64,000 nt of DNA from Selaginella moellendorffii (Eukaryota > Plantae > Lycopodiophyta), in the NCBI RefSeq assembly GCF_000143415.4, contig NW_003314407.1, positions 186,001 to 250,000 on the forward strand. The letters run 5' to 3'. The position numbers were made by a program, and so were the translations under genes. This document shows positions 47,777 to 59,462 of the stretch, piece by piece (positions within the stretch are counted from its first letter, which is position 1; every line of letters starts with the position of its first letter). The notes beneath the pieces are model-generated. The model saw only the letters and a list, made by a program, of their open reading frames with translations. It had not been told where the DNA came from and did no database searches.

Positions 47777-48381
47777 ATTCTTTTTGGATTAGCCTGGCTA
47801 ACTATGGCCAAAATCAGTGCCTGAACTGGACGGAAGCCCTATGTGGCACACTTGCGCATCTTTGGCTGCGAGGCTCGAAACTTACTAAATATCGAATGGT
47901 GCTAGATTGCGAATTTGGACACGGGACGAACACCATCGTGTTCAGGCTGATCTCTACATTTTGTATATATGCCAAATGAGCAAATCTAAACACTTTCCAT
48001 AAATAGCATTTGGGACTGAATTGAGACTAACCCTAAAGGCATGATAACGAGGGTGTTTGGCAAACACGGTAAGCTACCATCTAACAATATTAAGGGACCA
48101 AGCTCAATATCACAGGGGTTCCCAACACTAGCAAGTGCAAGTCAATGAATGAATTTCTCTAACCAAGTCAAGTATGCTTGACTAAATAGACACTTAGGAA
48201 TTCCTTCCTTATGCTCATCTGATCAAGTGCACACGCGAAGACCAGTTTCTCAACTAGCTTAGGCATAGACTGATAACAGGCCCAGCAATACCGACCTCCT
48301 GCCATTGTGGCAGTAAGGAAAGAGTGTCCGTAAGGATTGGCCAACAGGTAACTTTCGATACCCGAAGTCACATTCGCAACA

Positions 48382-51300
48382 CTCTCCCCCCCTAAAGAAG
48401 ATTGACGTCCTCGTTGATGCATACTCGAGTCTAAAATACCGCCAAGGAAACAACTCCAGAAAAAGTTCACAGTATTCACACTATGTAAGAAATGCACTAA
48501 CTTAAATGAGTTAGGAAGCAACCTCTTTGTCTAACACGGATGCGCTACCAACTCAGACACCTTCTGGCCATCGCCAACAAGGAAATGACCAACAAAGTTA
48601 GCCACCTTTGCTGCTCTGGGAGTCACCCAATTTACAAAAGTGTGATATGCCCTTGCCCGCAAGGACATAGAGAAAGAAGCCAGAGGCCCCAACCCTCCTG
48701 AGCAAAGAAACCAAACCCATCAGTAAGGTTTAGATAGACTACTGTAAACAGGCAGTTAGAGTTGTTTACATGGCCACGCCCTTTTAATGGAATAAGGAAC
48801 ATCGACAGAGAGGTGGGTTATGTGACCAATCGACAATAGCTACCCCATAACTAGAGATTTCAACATGCATATGAAGTGCCGAAGCCAGTCTGCCCAGTAC
48901 TGGCCCAAACTCAAAGATTAATAGATGGACAATATCAAAGTCAGAGATAATAATATCTTAGAGACTTAATTATCAGTGAATATATTTTAGATTAGAACAC
49001 TAAAGTATTCTAAATAAGTTATCATCCAATAAACCAGTATTATAGTATAGGAACCACCAAGATCATCATAATTGGTAAATACAGGATTCACCATCCAATA
49101 AAATTCAATAGCTAGTATATCATCAAGGAAACTCAATAATGAACCCTAACTACAGAAGATGGTAAATAGTATGCTAAATAACTTACTAAAGATAACTCAA
49201 AGAACACAAAGTATCATTAACTGACAAGCACAAAGCTCGCGAATGTATCACCCAAAGGAAATAACATCCCAACCTATCAAAACTAGCTTAAGCAATAATC
49301 AATAAAACAAAATGAATGCGGCAAGACCAACAAACACTCATTCATGTCAACTATCACACTAGCCAATCTGAATAGATCCTGATCAACAATACAAAGGAAC
49401 TCAATTTGCTTAAGCAAGTGCTAGCAACATTCTATAGATGTCTCAAACCCAAGAGACCAATCCAAAGCAAACCACAAAGAACATATGGTATTACAAAAAG
49501 CCATAAACCATCAAAGAGAACAACTAACTATCATGAAAAATCATTAATTATCCCATCAATGAAGAGATGCATAATCATTGTCAAAGAAGGAGTCCACCAT
49601 CCCGAAGAATGGCAAATTATTCTATACCAACAATAATCAAGCAAAACCTTTTAACAAGGATAATCAATTATCCTAGATGATAGTCAATCATCACCAATGA
49701 TTGTTAGATGCAAAAGCCAACTTCAACATCGAAGCTAATGAGCTAAAATGCCTTCCCTAACAACTTTTAACAAATGGAACAATAAATATAAAATTCAAAG
49801 AACCAAAAGCTCGAAGAAGTCTATAGCCAAGTCTTGTCAAACAATGATCACGAGTCTCATATGAACTAACTTCAATGCTAAAGAAGAAATCATGGTACAA
49901 CCCATAATATTCTCCTCAACACATCCATAAGCTAAACTTCATAATGCCAAAGCTAAACTTCATAATGCCAAACCTAATGAAGAGCATATCTGCATCAATC
50001 CAAAAGCCAAGTACAATGAAGTTATGCTCAACAAGTGATCACCAAACGATCCTCCACAAATTCATTTATAGCAAGACGTAACTCACTTCATAGCAAGCAC
50101 AAAAAGAATCATCAATAATTGGTATATCTCAATTTAAATCTAATAAGAATTCAAACATTAATCACCAACTCTTCTTCTCGTAAAGTTAGTATAATCCACG
50201 ACTAAATCACTTTTCAAGGAAAAGCCAAAGCTCAACCTCTACTAAACAATCTCGTCTAAAACACAACTAACTCAATTTGCCACTCAGTTCATTTGAACGT
50301 CAACATAGTTGCTAACTAGCAAATAGGTGAATGCTAATAACACAAAGCTATAACCAAATCATCAATACTATCTCTATCGAGACTAATGAAACTCAATATC
50401 AATCCTAAGATAATTCATTTCACTTGAATCTCAATATCAATATTACTAACAACAAAGCATCACTTCTATGCCATCAACACTAGAGCAAAGCTAGAAGAAA
50501 GCAAGAGTAAATTACCATTCATAACTTTTTAGCAACTAAGCTAATCAAAGTCGAAGATACTATACTCAATATCCGAGACTAATCTTTCAACAATACTCAG
50601 CTATAGATAACACTTCATCAAGGAGTGATTCACCATGTCCAAGACTCAATGAAATCTAACACTATGAACTAAATGCAACCAAATGATATCGACAAAGGTA
50701 TAATCGATATGTTAACATGGAAAAACTATGTAAGTTTAACAACATAATCCTCCGCAACATCATCCGGTAAAACAAACCCATCACTGCTAAATTATCATCG
50801 AGTGAAATAAATGTTAACAGTCCTCAACGAAATCTACAAACAATCATTAGTTGCAAAGCAACCAACAATCACTTTTAAACTTGCCTTTCACAAGACCTAA
50901 ACACTAAATTCACGTCATTGAGTCATACACTTGTCCAATATAAACATAATACCCTAGGTATGAGATAAAGTTTCATAGACAAACATAAACTAAATGACCA
51001 CTCAAATCCAACTCAACCGAGATAAACTCACAAACACATCCAGTCAATAGCTTTGAGCATGCCTTGAAGAGGCTAGCTATACATGTCCAACACTTAGTTG
51101 AAACTAAAGTGAAGATCATGAGATGGACTCATATTGGTACACAACCTCCACTTAAACAATGCTATAGTACAGGTACTAACATCTCAATTCAAACAACTAA
51201 GTTGAACATCACTATCCTTAGCCAAGGCACAGGGCTACCAAAACTAAGTCAAGATCAGTGAAAGCTCATTACTCTCATAGAGTTTTAACAAAATGCAAGG

Positions 51301-53534
51301 TGCAACCTGCCACCAAGCACAATGCTACAGAAGAAAGGCAAAAGGGTCACCTTTATTAGAAAAGCGCAACGGCCACTTTTCTACACCAACTCCAGACTCT
51401 ATCCAACTCAATTGCTTTAGCCCCAAAAGTCAACATCCTTATCGAGCCGCATCATACAAATTACCTACTAAGATCTAAGCCAACGAAAGTCAACTCCAAC
51501 CCTTTCATTAGTTTATATTGGCTTTACGAAAACGGAATGGTTTTCGAGCAAGTGATCAATAGATCAACCATTAGAAAGCTTAAGAAAATTTGTGGAAAAT
51601 TTTCCATCTTAGAGAAAGAATGACTCTTAGTTTATGAATGCAAACTTTCAAAACTCAACCAACTTCCTTTTACTAACAACTTCACATATGTTCATCTCAA
51701 CACAAATTCTTATGACCCACCGTATGCTTAAGCGTCGAACATCATGCCCATATTTCCAATATCCAAAACCGACATTTGCAAAATACAAAGTGAACATCTA
51801 AAACTTGATCACGAAGACCATATCTTTCAAATATCCATATTGCACTAACACTTTTCTTCAATCATTCTCAAAATCCAATGTGAAGCTAAAACACTAACAA
51901 GAAAAATGACATAGAAAATCAAGCTCTAAGGAAAATTCTTTATCACTTGAAGTAATAATGCCACTTCCACTAACACATGTGCTAGTGATGTCAATGCCTT
52001 AAACCTCACACCTTCTTTATCCAACAATCTACTCCAAGTGCTAACGGATAAACCAACAAGCTATAGCAAATGAATGTTATACCCCTTTTCCACCACTTTA
52101 ATGGGCAAACTTAAGGAACCAGGGAACCAACTTAAATTTAGCATAATGGACCATCATCGAGAATCCAATCAAAGCTACTACAATGCTACTTCATGTAAGT
52201 AGATTAGCTTCACCATCAACCACTTTGGGGTTGATCATTTTTTAACCAAGCAACTTTGTAAACACATTGCTCATTATCACATGGATATGATATAAAATCA
52301 TAATGACTTAATCATCAATTGAGCAACACCATGAGCAATGCTAATGTCATTATTTCAAAAGTTTATGTGAGCATCAAGTGCCAACTCAATTCAACAAAAT
52401 GCAACATAAATGCCACACTCCACCAATAGAGATTTACAATACTAAACACCACTAACTTTTGTTCACAACATGGACAACCTCATACCACTCTCTATCCGAC
52501 CAAACTCAACACTAATCTAACACCAAGCTACTTAAGGAGCAATAGCAAGGTTCCCTAGAAAAGAATTGAGCACTGTAACTCAAGTCTTCTAATAGCAAGC
52601 TTAGACAAAATGGTTTAGCGCTTCACCGCTATCCATCCCATAACTCACCATTTGTAAGACCATCATTTTCAACATGCATCAAGGTAGGGACTCTTGATTG
52701 CATAATGTGAACACGAGCAATGAGTCAACACCTCATTGCAAATCATCTCTCCAAGAGAAAATGATTTACATGTTTTATCCTTCGTCTCTAATGACTCTCT
52801 TTTCGGTCTCATCTTTGACTAAACCTCAAGTTTGCATTCGCATTGTTTTCAGTTCAATCTAAGAAAAGTTTATGAGAGAGCACGGCAATGACTACTTGAA
52901 CCAATAGACTAATCCCTACAGTCTTGGTTGATTCACTCATAATCATGCTTAGGAAGGATCCACTAATGCCGTGCTAAACAGTTATAGACCAGCCTATTTG
53001 CCACTCATAGCAAACCTAGGGAAAGTTTACTTTCACCCATGGTACATGGAACAACTCATGGAACCACCGATAGGCTAACATTAATCCTGCCAACTCAAAG
53101 TGTAACCTCGAGTTGCTAATGTGCCTCACTCACGAGCCCAAGCTTAAACTCGTGCAACCGGAACAACTCAATCCCTCTTATGAGCCCAAGAGCAAACTCA
53201 CATTACAAAGTACAACAAGGTAACAAAATCCATACCCAAAGAACGATTGTGAAGCCTTTGCACCCAAACATGTACCCATTTGGATCATCGTTTTCATCTC
53301 TACGTATGCAATGAAACTAGTTGCCCAATCTCATTAGATAGTACTTGCCGAAACTCATCCTCTGATACCAACTGTAGTGCACCCTATCTCTTTCCCCTTA
53401 AGCCAACTGGAAAAGGGGCAATTGCTTGATGAAAGAGCCCTTAGTGGCTATTTTATCCCCATTTATCCCCCAAGGTTCCAAGGATCCACGGTAATAGTAT
53501 ATCCAAATCTCATCCCATAATCACATGCGCTACA
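48382..53534 (-). mobile_element. Highly decayed LTR element (LARD-like or dead Gypsy internal region) with a short 5' LTR
   Basis: LTR 53373-53534 (TGTAGTGCA...TGCGCTACA), reverse PBS TGGTATCAGAG at 53360-53370, PPT at 48382-48395. No readable long ORF inside. Confidence 0.7.
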
Positions 53535-54813
53535 CTCAGCCATTAAATGAAGGGATAAAACTAAATTTTTGAGCATATAACCAAAGAGTGAAGGAATTAA
53601 AACATGGAATTACTCATGAACATATAACCCAAAGAATAATAGGACAAATATACAAAGTGACATTAAAACAATTCTAAAGCATTCATCATCTCAATACTAG
53701 GACTAACATGCAAAACAAAGTTAAACAAAGTTTGGCATATATCAATAGTCTAGCACAAGGATATAGCATAATTTTAGCATACCAATAGCCTAACATAAGG
53801 ATTCCACCAACTAGTATGGTATGGTTGGGCAAAGTGTTGTATAGTTAGTATATTAGTTTATAGTGTTCATAGCTTTATGAGGTTAAGCTAGGCCTTAGCT
53901 ACTACAAATCTATGGCTGAAGACATAAATTAGAAGTATAGACTAATTGATTGATTAATCAATCATATGCACACTCCACCTCATTTGTGTTTATTAATGTT
54001 TAACATCTGTAAAAGTGTAATAGAATTTGTGTCAGGAATAGGATCTTTCTATGCATTCGAGAGTGTGAAGTAAAGCAACTTGAGACTTGCAACATCCCAT
54101 GCTAGCACCTAAAGTTAAAGTTCTATAATATGAGACTTCTAATGTTGTTTTTCTTGGCATGTGGAAACCCCCTTATACACCATCTAGGGTTGCAACATTT
54201 AACACTCGGGTTCTTATGGTTCTTATAGCTGGCTAGGGAAATCTAATTGCCCCAAATGGTCTGTGAGTGACTAAGAGAGAGAGTTGTGTCTTTTCTTGGT
54301 TGGGTCCCTTGCCTAAGGCTTTTATAGGTTGTGTTGACATCTCATGTAAACAAGTTTAATGTTCAAGGGCTGATAAAGCCTTGATTGACACTTCCACAAT
54401 TTGAGCTATCAAGCTGGTGACACATGCACCAATCAAGACAAGTTTGACTATTCACCCTTTACTTAGGTATCACAAGCCACCCATGATGTGGGAACAAGTG
54501 GTATCTTTCACAACAAAATGTTGGTGTACTTTGTATTTGTACTTAATTCCTAGTCATCCACTTGAAAATAAATTAGCTACTGCATTACAAGACAAATAAA
54601 AGATTCAAACTAAAACAAAAATCCATCTGGCTTGGAATGTCTTTCATAAATTATCTTGAACCTTAGAGACAAAAAAAATATCTATAAGTTTACATTTTAA
54701 AAAATCTTTATTTTATTATTTTAACTTATTCTAAATTTTATATAAATAAATTTTTATATATCTATAAGGTTAAAAACAGTTTTAATTTTATTTCTTTGCT
54801 ATTACTATTTGCA

Positions 54814-55701
54814 ATGAGAATAGCATTAAATATTTTCATTTTACTACTTTTATTTAAAGTTTCTAAACAAATTGAATATCAGACTGGAGTATTTGATGCT
54901 ATAAGTGAAAATGTTGTACATGCTATTATAGGAGCTATTAGAAATTCAATTAATAATATACCAAATAGTATAATTCCATTAAGACAAAGTGTACATGGAG
55001 AAGTAGATGTTCAACATCCAGATAGAACTCATACATATGTTGGATTTGGTATTTTTGTATTAGAAACAATTAGAGAATTTTGTACTATAAATTCCGAAGG
55101 AGGTGTAGAATTAGGAGTTAACATAAGAAATTCACTAAATCACATTTTAGAAGAGTCTTCTGATGAGATGCTCAATTTTGCTGCCTCATTTATTATTATA
55201 AACACTGAGCATTTTTTAATTTATTATTTTGTTAGAAATTTTAATAATCAACAACACAGAAGACAACAGATTTTAGTAAGACATTCTCAATGCTATTTGT
55301 TTTCAAGCTTTTTAATAAGTGGTTCTATCAATATGCTGCATCAATATCTATTACCTTCACAATTTTTAATTTCTTCAAATCATAAAGCACATTTATATTT
55401 AAGCTCTGATTGTAACTTAATAGTATATATGGGTATAAAAACATTATGGTCTTCAAATACTTCAAAAAAAGGAACAAACTGTATTCTAAGATTGCAAGAG
55501 GATGGAAATTTAGTTTTATATTCTTATGATAGTAAACCTGTTTGGACAACAAATACTTATTGCACTTCTTATAATTGTTATAAAGCTACATATTTAGTTA
55601 TACAAAATGATTGTAATTTGGTTTTATATATTGGATACCAAAAAACATTTAGCACTAACCCTAAATTATATTCTGAATGGGATTCAAAATCTTTTTGCTA
55701 A
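54814..55701 (+). CDS. Secreted unknown-domain + bulb-type lectin protein, paralogue of 566-1471
   Basis: First ATG 54814 (MRIALNIFILLLLFKV), QEDGNLVLY and QNDCNLVLY motifs, colinear with the first copy to the terminal WDSK.FC. Confidence 0.85.
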   Translation: MRIALNIFILLLLFKVSKQIEYQTGVFDAISENVVHAIIGAIRNSINNIPNSIIPLRQSVHGEVDVQHPDRTHTYVGFGIFVLETIREFCTINSEGGVELGVNIRNSLNHILEESSDEMLNFAASFIIINTEHFLIYYFVRNFNNQQHRRQQILVRHSQCYLFSSFLISGSINMLHQYLLPSQFLISSNHKAHLYLSSDCNLIVYMGIKTLWSSNTSKKGTNCILRLQEDGNLVLYSYDSKPVWTTNTYCTSYNCYKATYLVIQNDCNLVLYIGYQKTFSTNPKLYSEWDSKSFC

Positions 55702-55702
55702 T

Positions 55703-56246
55703 ACATATTTTCTTTATACTTACCATTTCTGTTTCTTATATTAGATATGTAAATTTATTAATAAAATAGTTAATCATGTTCTAATATCTTATTAAATTGT
55801 TTCTTTCATCACTGTCTTGTCTTTTAATAAGGAGAAGGTTTTAATTTTAATCATAATTACAATTTAAAATTTTCTACCTTGTTTTTATAAGTATTTAAAT
55901 TTCTATATTATTAAAATTTCCAACTTGGTAGCAATTGCCTAAAAAGCACCGCTCATGAGCAAACGATCGATGATATCAACATATTTTCTTTATACTTACC
56001 ATTTCTGTTTCTTATATTATATATGTAAATTTATTAATAAAATAGTTAATCATGTTCTAATATCTTATTAAATTGTTTCTTTCATCACTGTCTTGTCTTT
56101 TAATAAGGAGAATTTTAATCATAATTACAATTTAAAATTTTCTACCTTGTTTTTATAAGTATTTAAATTTCTATATTATTAAAATTTCCAACTTGGTAGC
56201 AATTGCCTAAAAAGCACCGCTCATGAGCAAACGATCGATGATATCA
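55703..56246. repeat. Tandem duplication of the intergenic region (276 + 268 bp)
   Basis: 55703-55978 and 55979-56246 are nearly identical; I see one substitution and one 8-bp indel. Confidence 0.92.
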
Positions 56247-57992
56247 TCTCTCGAGCTTGCTCATCATCGAATCTAGCACAGGAAGCTCCTTGACAAGCTC
56301 TTGCCATTCAGGCATTCCCTGTAGCAGCACCCAAATCACTTTTGCTCTCTAGCCAACTAGATTAAGAAGATTTGCTTACCCGACCCGATTTGCGGATTCT
56401 CCCATCGAGCCGGAGCACAATGAAAACCTCTTCGCCACCGGTTACTCCTTCCGACTCTTGCTGCTCAAAGATCCACCTGATTGTCGTTTCCACACTCTAA
56501 ACGCTCAAACAAGGTAGAAACAAGATACTCACCTCTCCCATTCTGCTTGAGAAACCACCTCCGCTACAAATCGCTTCTCACTCTCGAGCACTGCCTTCAG
56601 TGCCGCGTCCTGCGCTCGTTTTTGAAAATCATCCTGAATCACGAGAGAAAAGGGAAATTTAGGAACCACGGATTGGATAAGCTTACGCTGCCGGAGCCAG
56701 CTGCTGGAGCTTTTACGGAGCGTCCAAATCCTTTCTTCTTAGGCGTCTCGTCCTTTTTCCTCCACTCGACCGGAATCAAGAGCACGCCTCGTTGCAGGAG
56801 ATCTTTGCGGTATCTCTCCGCCTTCTCCAAAGCTCCCTTGATCGACTCTTTGGTACCGGCCAATATCACCTTTCGCTCCAAGAGAACATACAAGCAAGCT
56901 TGGTTTGATATTGGAAAGAAAAAACTTCTTACCGGTCGTGTGATCCCTCGAAGTTGCACCACCTCCACGATGCGTCCAGTTCCGAGCCGGACAGGAAGCC
57001 TTGACAAAGTCTCGTTTCTTGTGATTTGAGACATTTGCGTCTCTTCTTTCTTGCTGTCCCAGATAAACAAGGACACAAAAGCCACTATACCTGTGAAAAA
57101 GCGCAACCTTGATTAGATGAAAACACACTCTCATCACATTTACCTGCGAGGTCTATTGCCAGATTCTGTGCGGTCTCCGTGACGCTTGGAGCGTCCTCTC
57201 CCCCCTGCAGTGCACGAATGAGCCTCGGGACCGTGATGAAAGTCGCGATCCCAGCGGCAATCGTGAATGCGACGTAGAAAAACTTGCGAACGCCACGAAA
57301 CGGTGCCTGGACTTCGCTGATGAGCTTTAAGTCTCTTCGGAAGCTGCTTCCAGTGTCTTCGCCACCTTTCCGAGCCTGTCCAGTGCACGGCAAAGCTCAT
57401 CACTTCGGGCCAAGCAAAGATTGAGAGAGAGAGATTGGCTCAACCTCGTCCTGGAGAGCCTTGAACTCTGGAGACGCTCGGAAGGGAGCAAGGTCCGGAT
57501 CATTGAGGATGACATGAAACTTGACGTTGTAATCACGCAGCGCTGTTTGCAATGCCTGTGCTGCTTTCGCGGGCTCTTCCCTGGAAACAAATGGTCACGA
57601 AAGGAGAGAAGAAACGAAAGAGTCGAAGAAAGCACGAAACCTTGAAGCATGGCAGCAAGCTTTGTTGTAGTACGCGGCCTGCGCCTCATCGAAGTTTGGA
57701 TTCATGGCCAGGGCGGTATCAAACTGATGCAATGCGTCCTTCACCTGCCTAGTGAGAACAAACCAACACGTATGGAATCATCCACATCCATGGAGCTTCG
57801 CTAAAGTACCCTTCCTTTGGAGAAGAGTGACAAGCCCAGATTGACGGCGTCGGTTGCTGTTTTCACCTGTGATTCGCTTCCATCCTTGGCAGCGCGCACC
57901 CTGATCGCGATCTTGGCGCGCCCAAATGCGAGGCGACGAGGGGCGGCACCACACCTGAGCGACACGCACCCGGAAAAACACAAGACATCCAT
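56244..57992 (-). CDS. LPA1: LOW PSII ACCUMULATION 1 (TPR + DUF3493), PSII assembly factor, multi-exon
   Basis: VNLGLSLFSKGRV, FRRDLKLISEVQAPFRGVRKFFY, RNETLSRLPVRL, C-terminal MSKLER. Confidence 0.92.
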
Positions 57993-58165
57993 CTCTCACT
58001 CTCTCTCACACACACACGCACACACACCAAAAGAAACCCTTTTATCTTTTTTTTGTGACCTCTACGAGGATCTTAGCTCGCGAGACATCGATCGTTCTTT
58101 ACCTTTAGATAGAACCACACTTTCTTTACCCTTTGCTCGAATCCATTTCCAGAGATAGCAGAGTA

Positions 58166-59221
58166 ATGGCGTCCTCTCTCGTTGCAACCAGGTCGCTCCT
58201 TCTCCCGCATCAATCTTCCTCCTCTACTCGAAGAAATGGCGGCCACATTGTAGTTTGCTCTTGCTCCTCCATGGAAGACTTCACCAGAAAAGCAGGCAAG
58301 CTCGCATTCGCTACAGTGGCGGCCACAGTCCTCCTGGCCGGGGTAAGCTCCTCGCCATAGACCATCTTTCACCTCCTCCTTCGACACAGCATTTGCCCGG
58401 TGTGGGCATTTGTGAGTTCTCTTATAGATCTTGTGTCCCTTGTCTGGCTTTGATAGGCAGCAGATGCCCGGCCGCGCCCTCGCTTCGGATCCAGCGACGA
58501 GGAGATCCGCGAATACCTGGACAAAACCCCCAGCTACGACGATCAAATGATGCGAGCCTATCTGGACGTCAAAGGTAAGTGGACAGGAACCAAATGCCCG
58601 AGCCCCGTCACCAGCGGTGCCACCGACGGTTTCAAACTGGAACCCGGTGACTACTACGTGACCAACATGTGTTTGCAGCCAACCTCATACCAAGTCACCC
58701 GGAAGGCCGGGATTGGCGAGTTTGACATCTCGACAACGTACGAGACGAAGCTGCTTGCGAGGGTGGACGGGATCGAGGGCTCCCTGGCCGTGGCTCCAGA
58801 CGGTGGTGTCAAGTTCGAGGAGAAGAAAGGGCTCAACACGGACACCACCATCGCCAAAGTCATCGCTAGGCTTCCCGGGAAACAGGAGCTAGTGCCCTTC
58901 ATGTTTGGGATCCAAGACCTGGTTGCGTCGGGTAGGCCGGAATCTTTCGGTGGCCAGTTTATAGTTCCCACAGCGACGATCCAACCGAAGAAACTGGACG
59001 TGGATGAGACCGAGCCGCTGGAGAGCACCACCACGGAGGGCAGCATTGTGTTCAAGGTGACGAGGAGCAACTTGGAAGCCAAGGAGCTGGGTGGCGAGTT
59101 CGAAACCAGCCAGCTCTCGGGCCTGGATCTACGGTCCAGATCCAACGCGGGCTTCCTCATTGGAAACAAGGAGAAGAAGAGGGTCAAGGTATCGGGCGTG
59201 TGGTATGCAAAGCTCGATTGA
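58166..59221 (+). CDS. Divergent PsbO (OEE1/MSP) paralogue, 2 exons (58166-58342, 58457-59221)
   Basis: Bipartite transit peptide, YLDVKG...KCP, MCLQPTSY, LPG..VPFMF, VSGVWYAKLD. Same intron position as the neighbouring psbO. Confidence 0.85.
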
Positions 59222-59376
59222 TTGCTAAGAGATAACTCTGATAGAAAGAATGTAAAGAAAAACAGTACCATGGATTGGATATCTCAATCAAACAAAGCTA
59301 GATATCATATCCTTTGGCTTTGAAAGAGCCAGGTGGCGCGTGCTCATTGGCTGCTCGAGCTTGTGGCGGCAAACCT

Positions 59377-59383
59377 CTTATCC
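59377..59383 (-). promoter_or_regulatory. Possible I-box (GGATAAG) upstream of psbO
   Basis: CTTATCC about 80 bp upstream of the ATG, with a reverse CCAAT nearby. Confidence 0.3.
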
Positions 59384-59462
59384 ATATATCCGCGCTATCC
59401 AAGAGCCCTAAACGCTCTGTTTAGCCCTAAAACAGAGCAGTGCGCGAGATCCAAGCAGCGCA

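Larger units (their letters stand above)
43376..48381 (-). mobile_element. ~5-kb composite LTR (family of solo LTR 3870-4996) containing a 3.85-kb GC-rich repeat-laden segment
   Basis: Both ends match the solo LTR. A reverse PPT lies at 48382-48395 and a reverse Met-PBS (TGGTATCGGAGC) at 43362-43373. Confidence 0.75.

Noticed and set aside
54140-54520. Possible additional solo LTR upstream of the second lectin gene
   Set aside because: It ends in CAACA and looks LTR-like, but I found no second copy, PBS, PPT or TSD.
566-55701. The two lectin genes as ends of one giant mobile element or recent segmental duplication
   Set aside because: Their flanks share no evident homology, the proteins are only about half identical, and the interior holds ordinary host genes.
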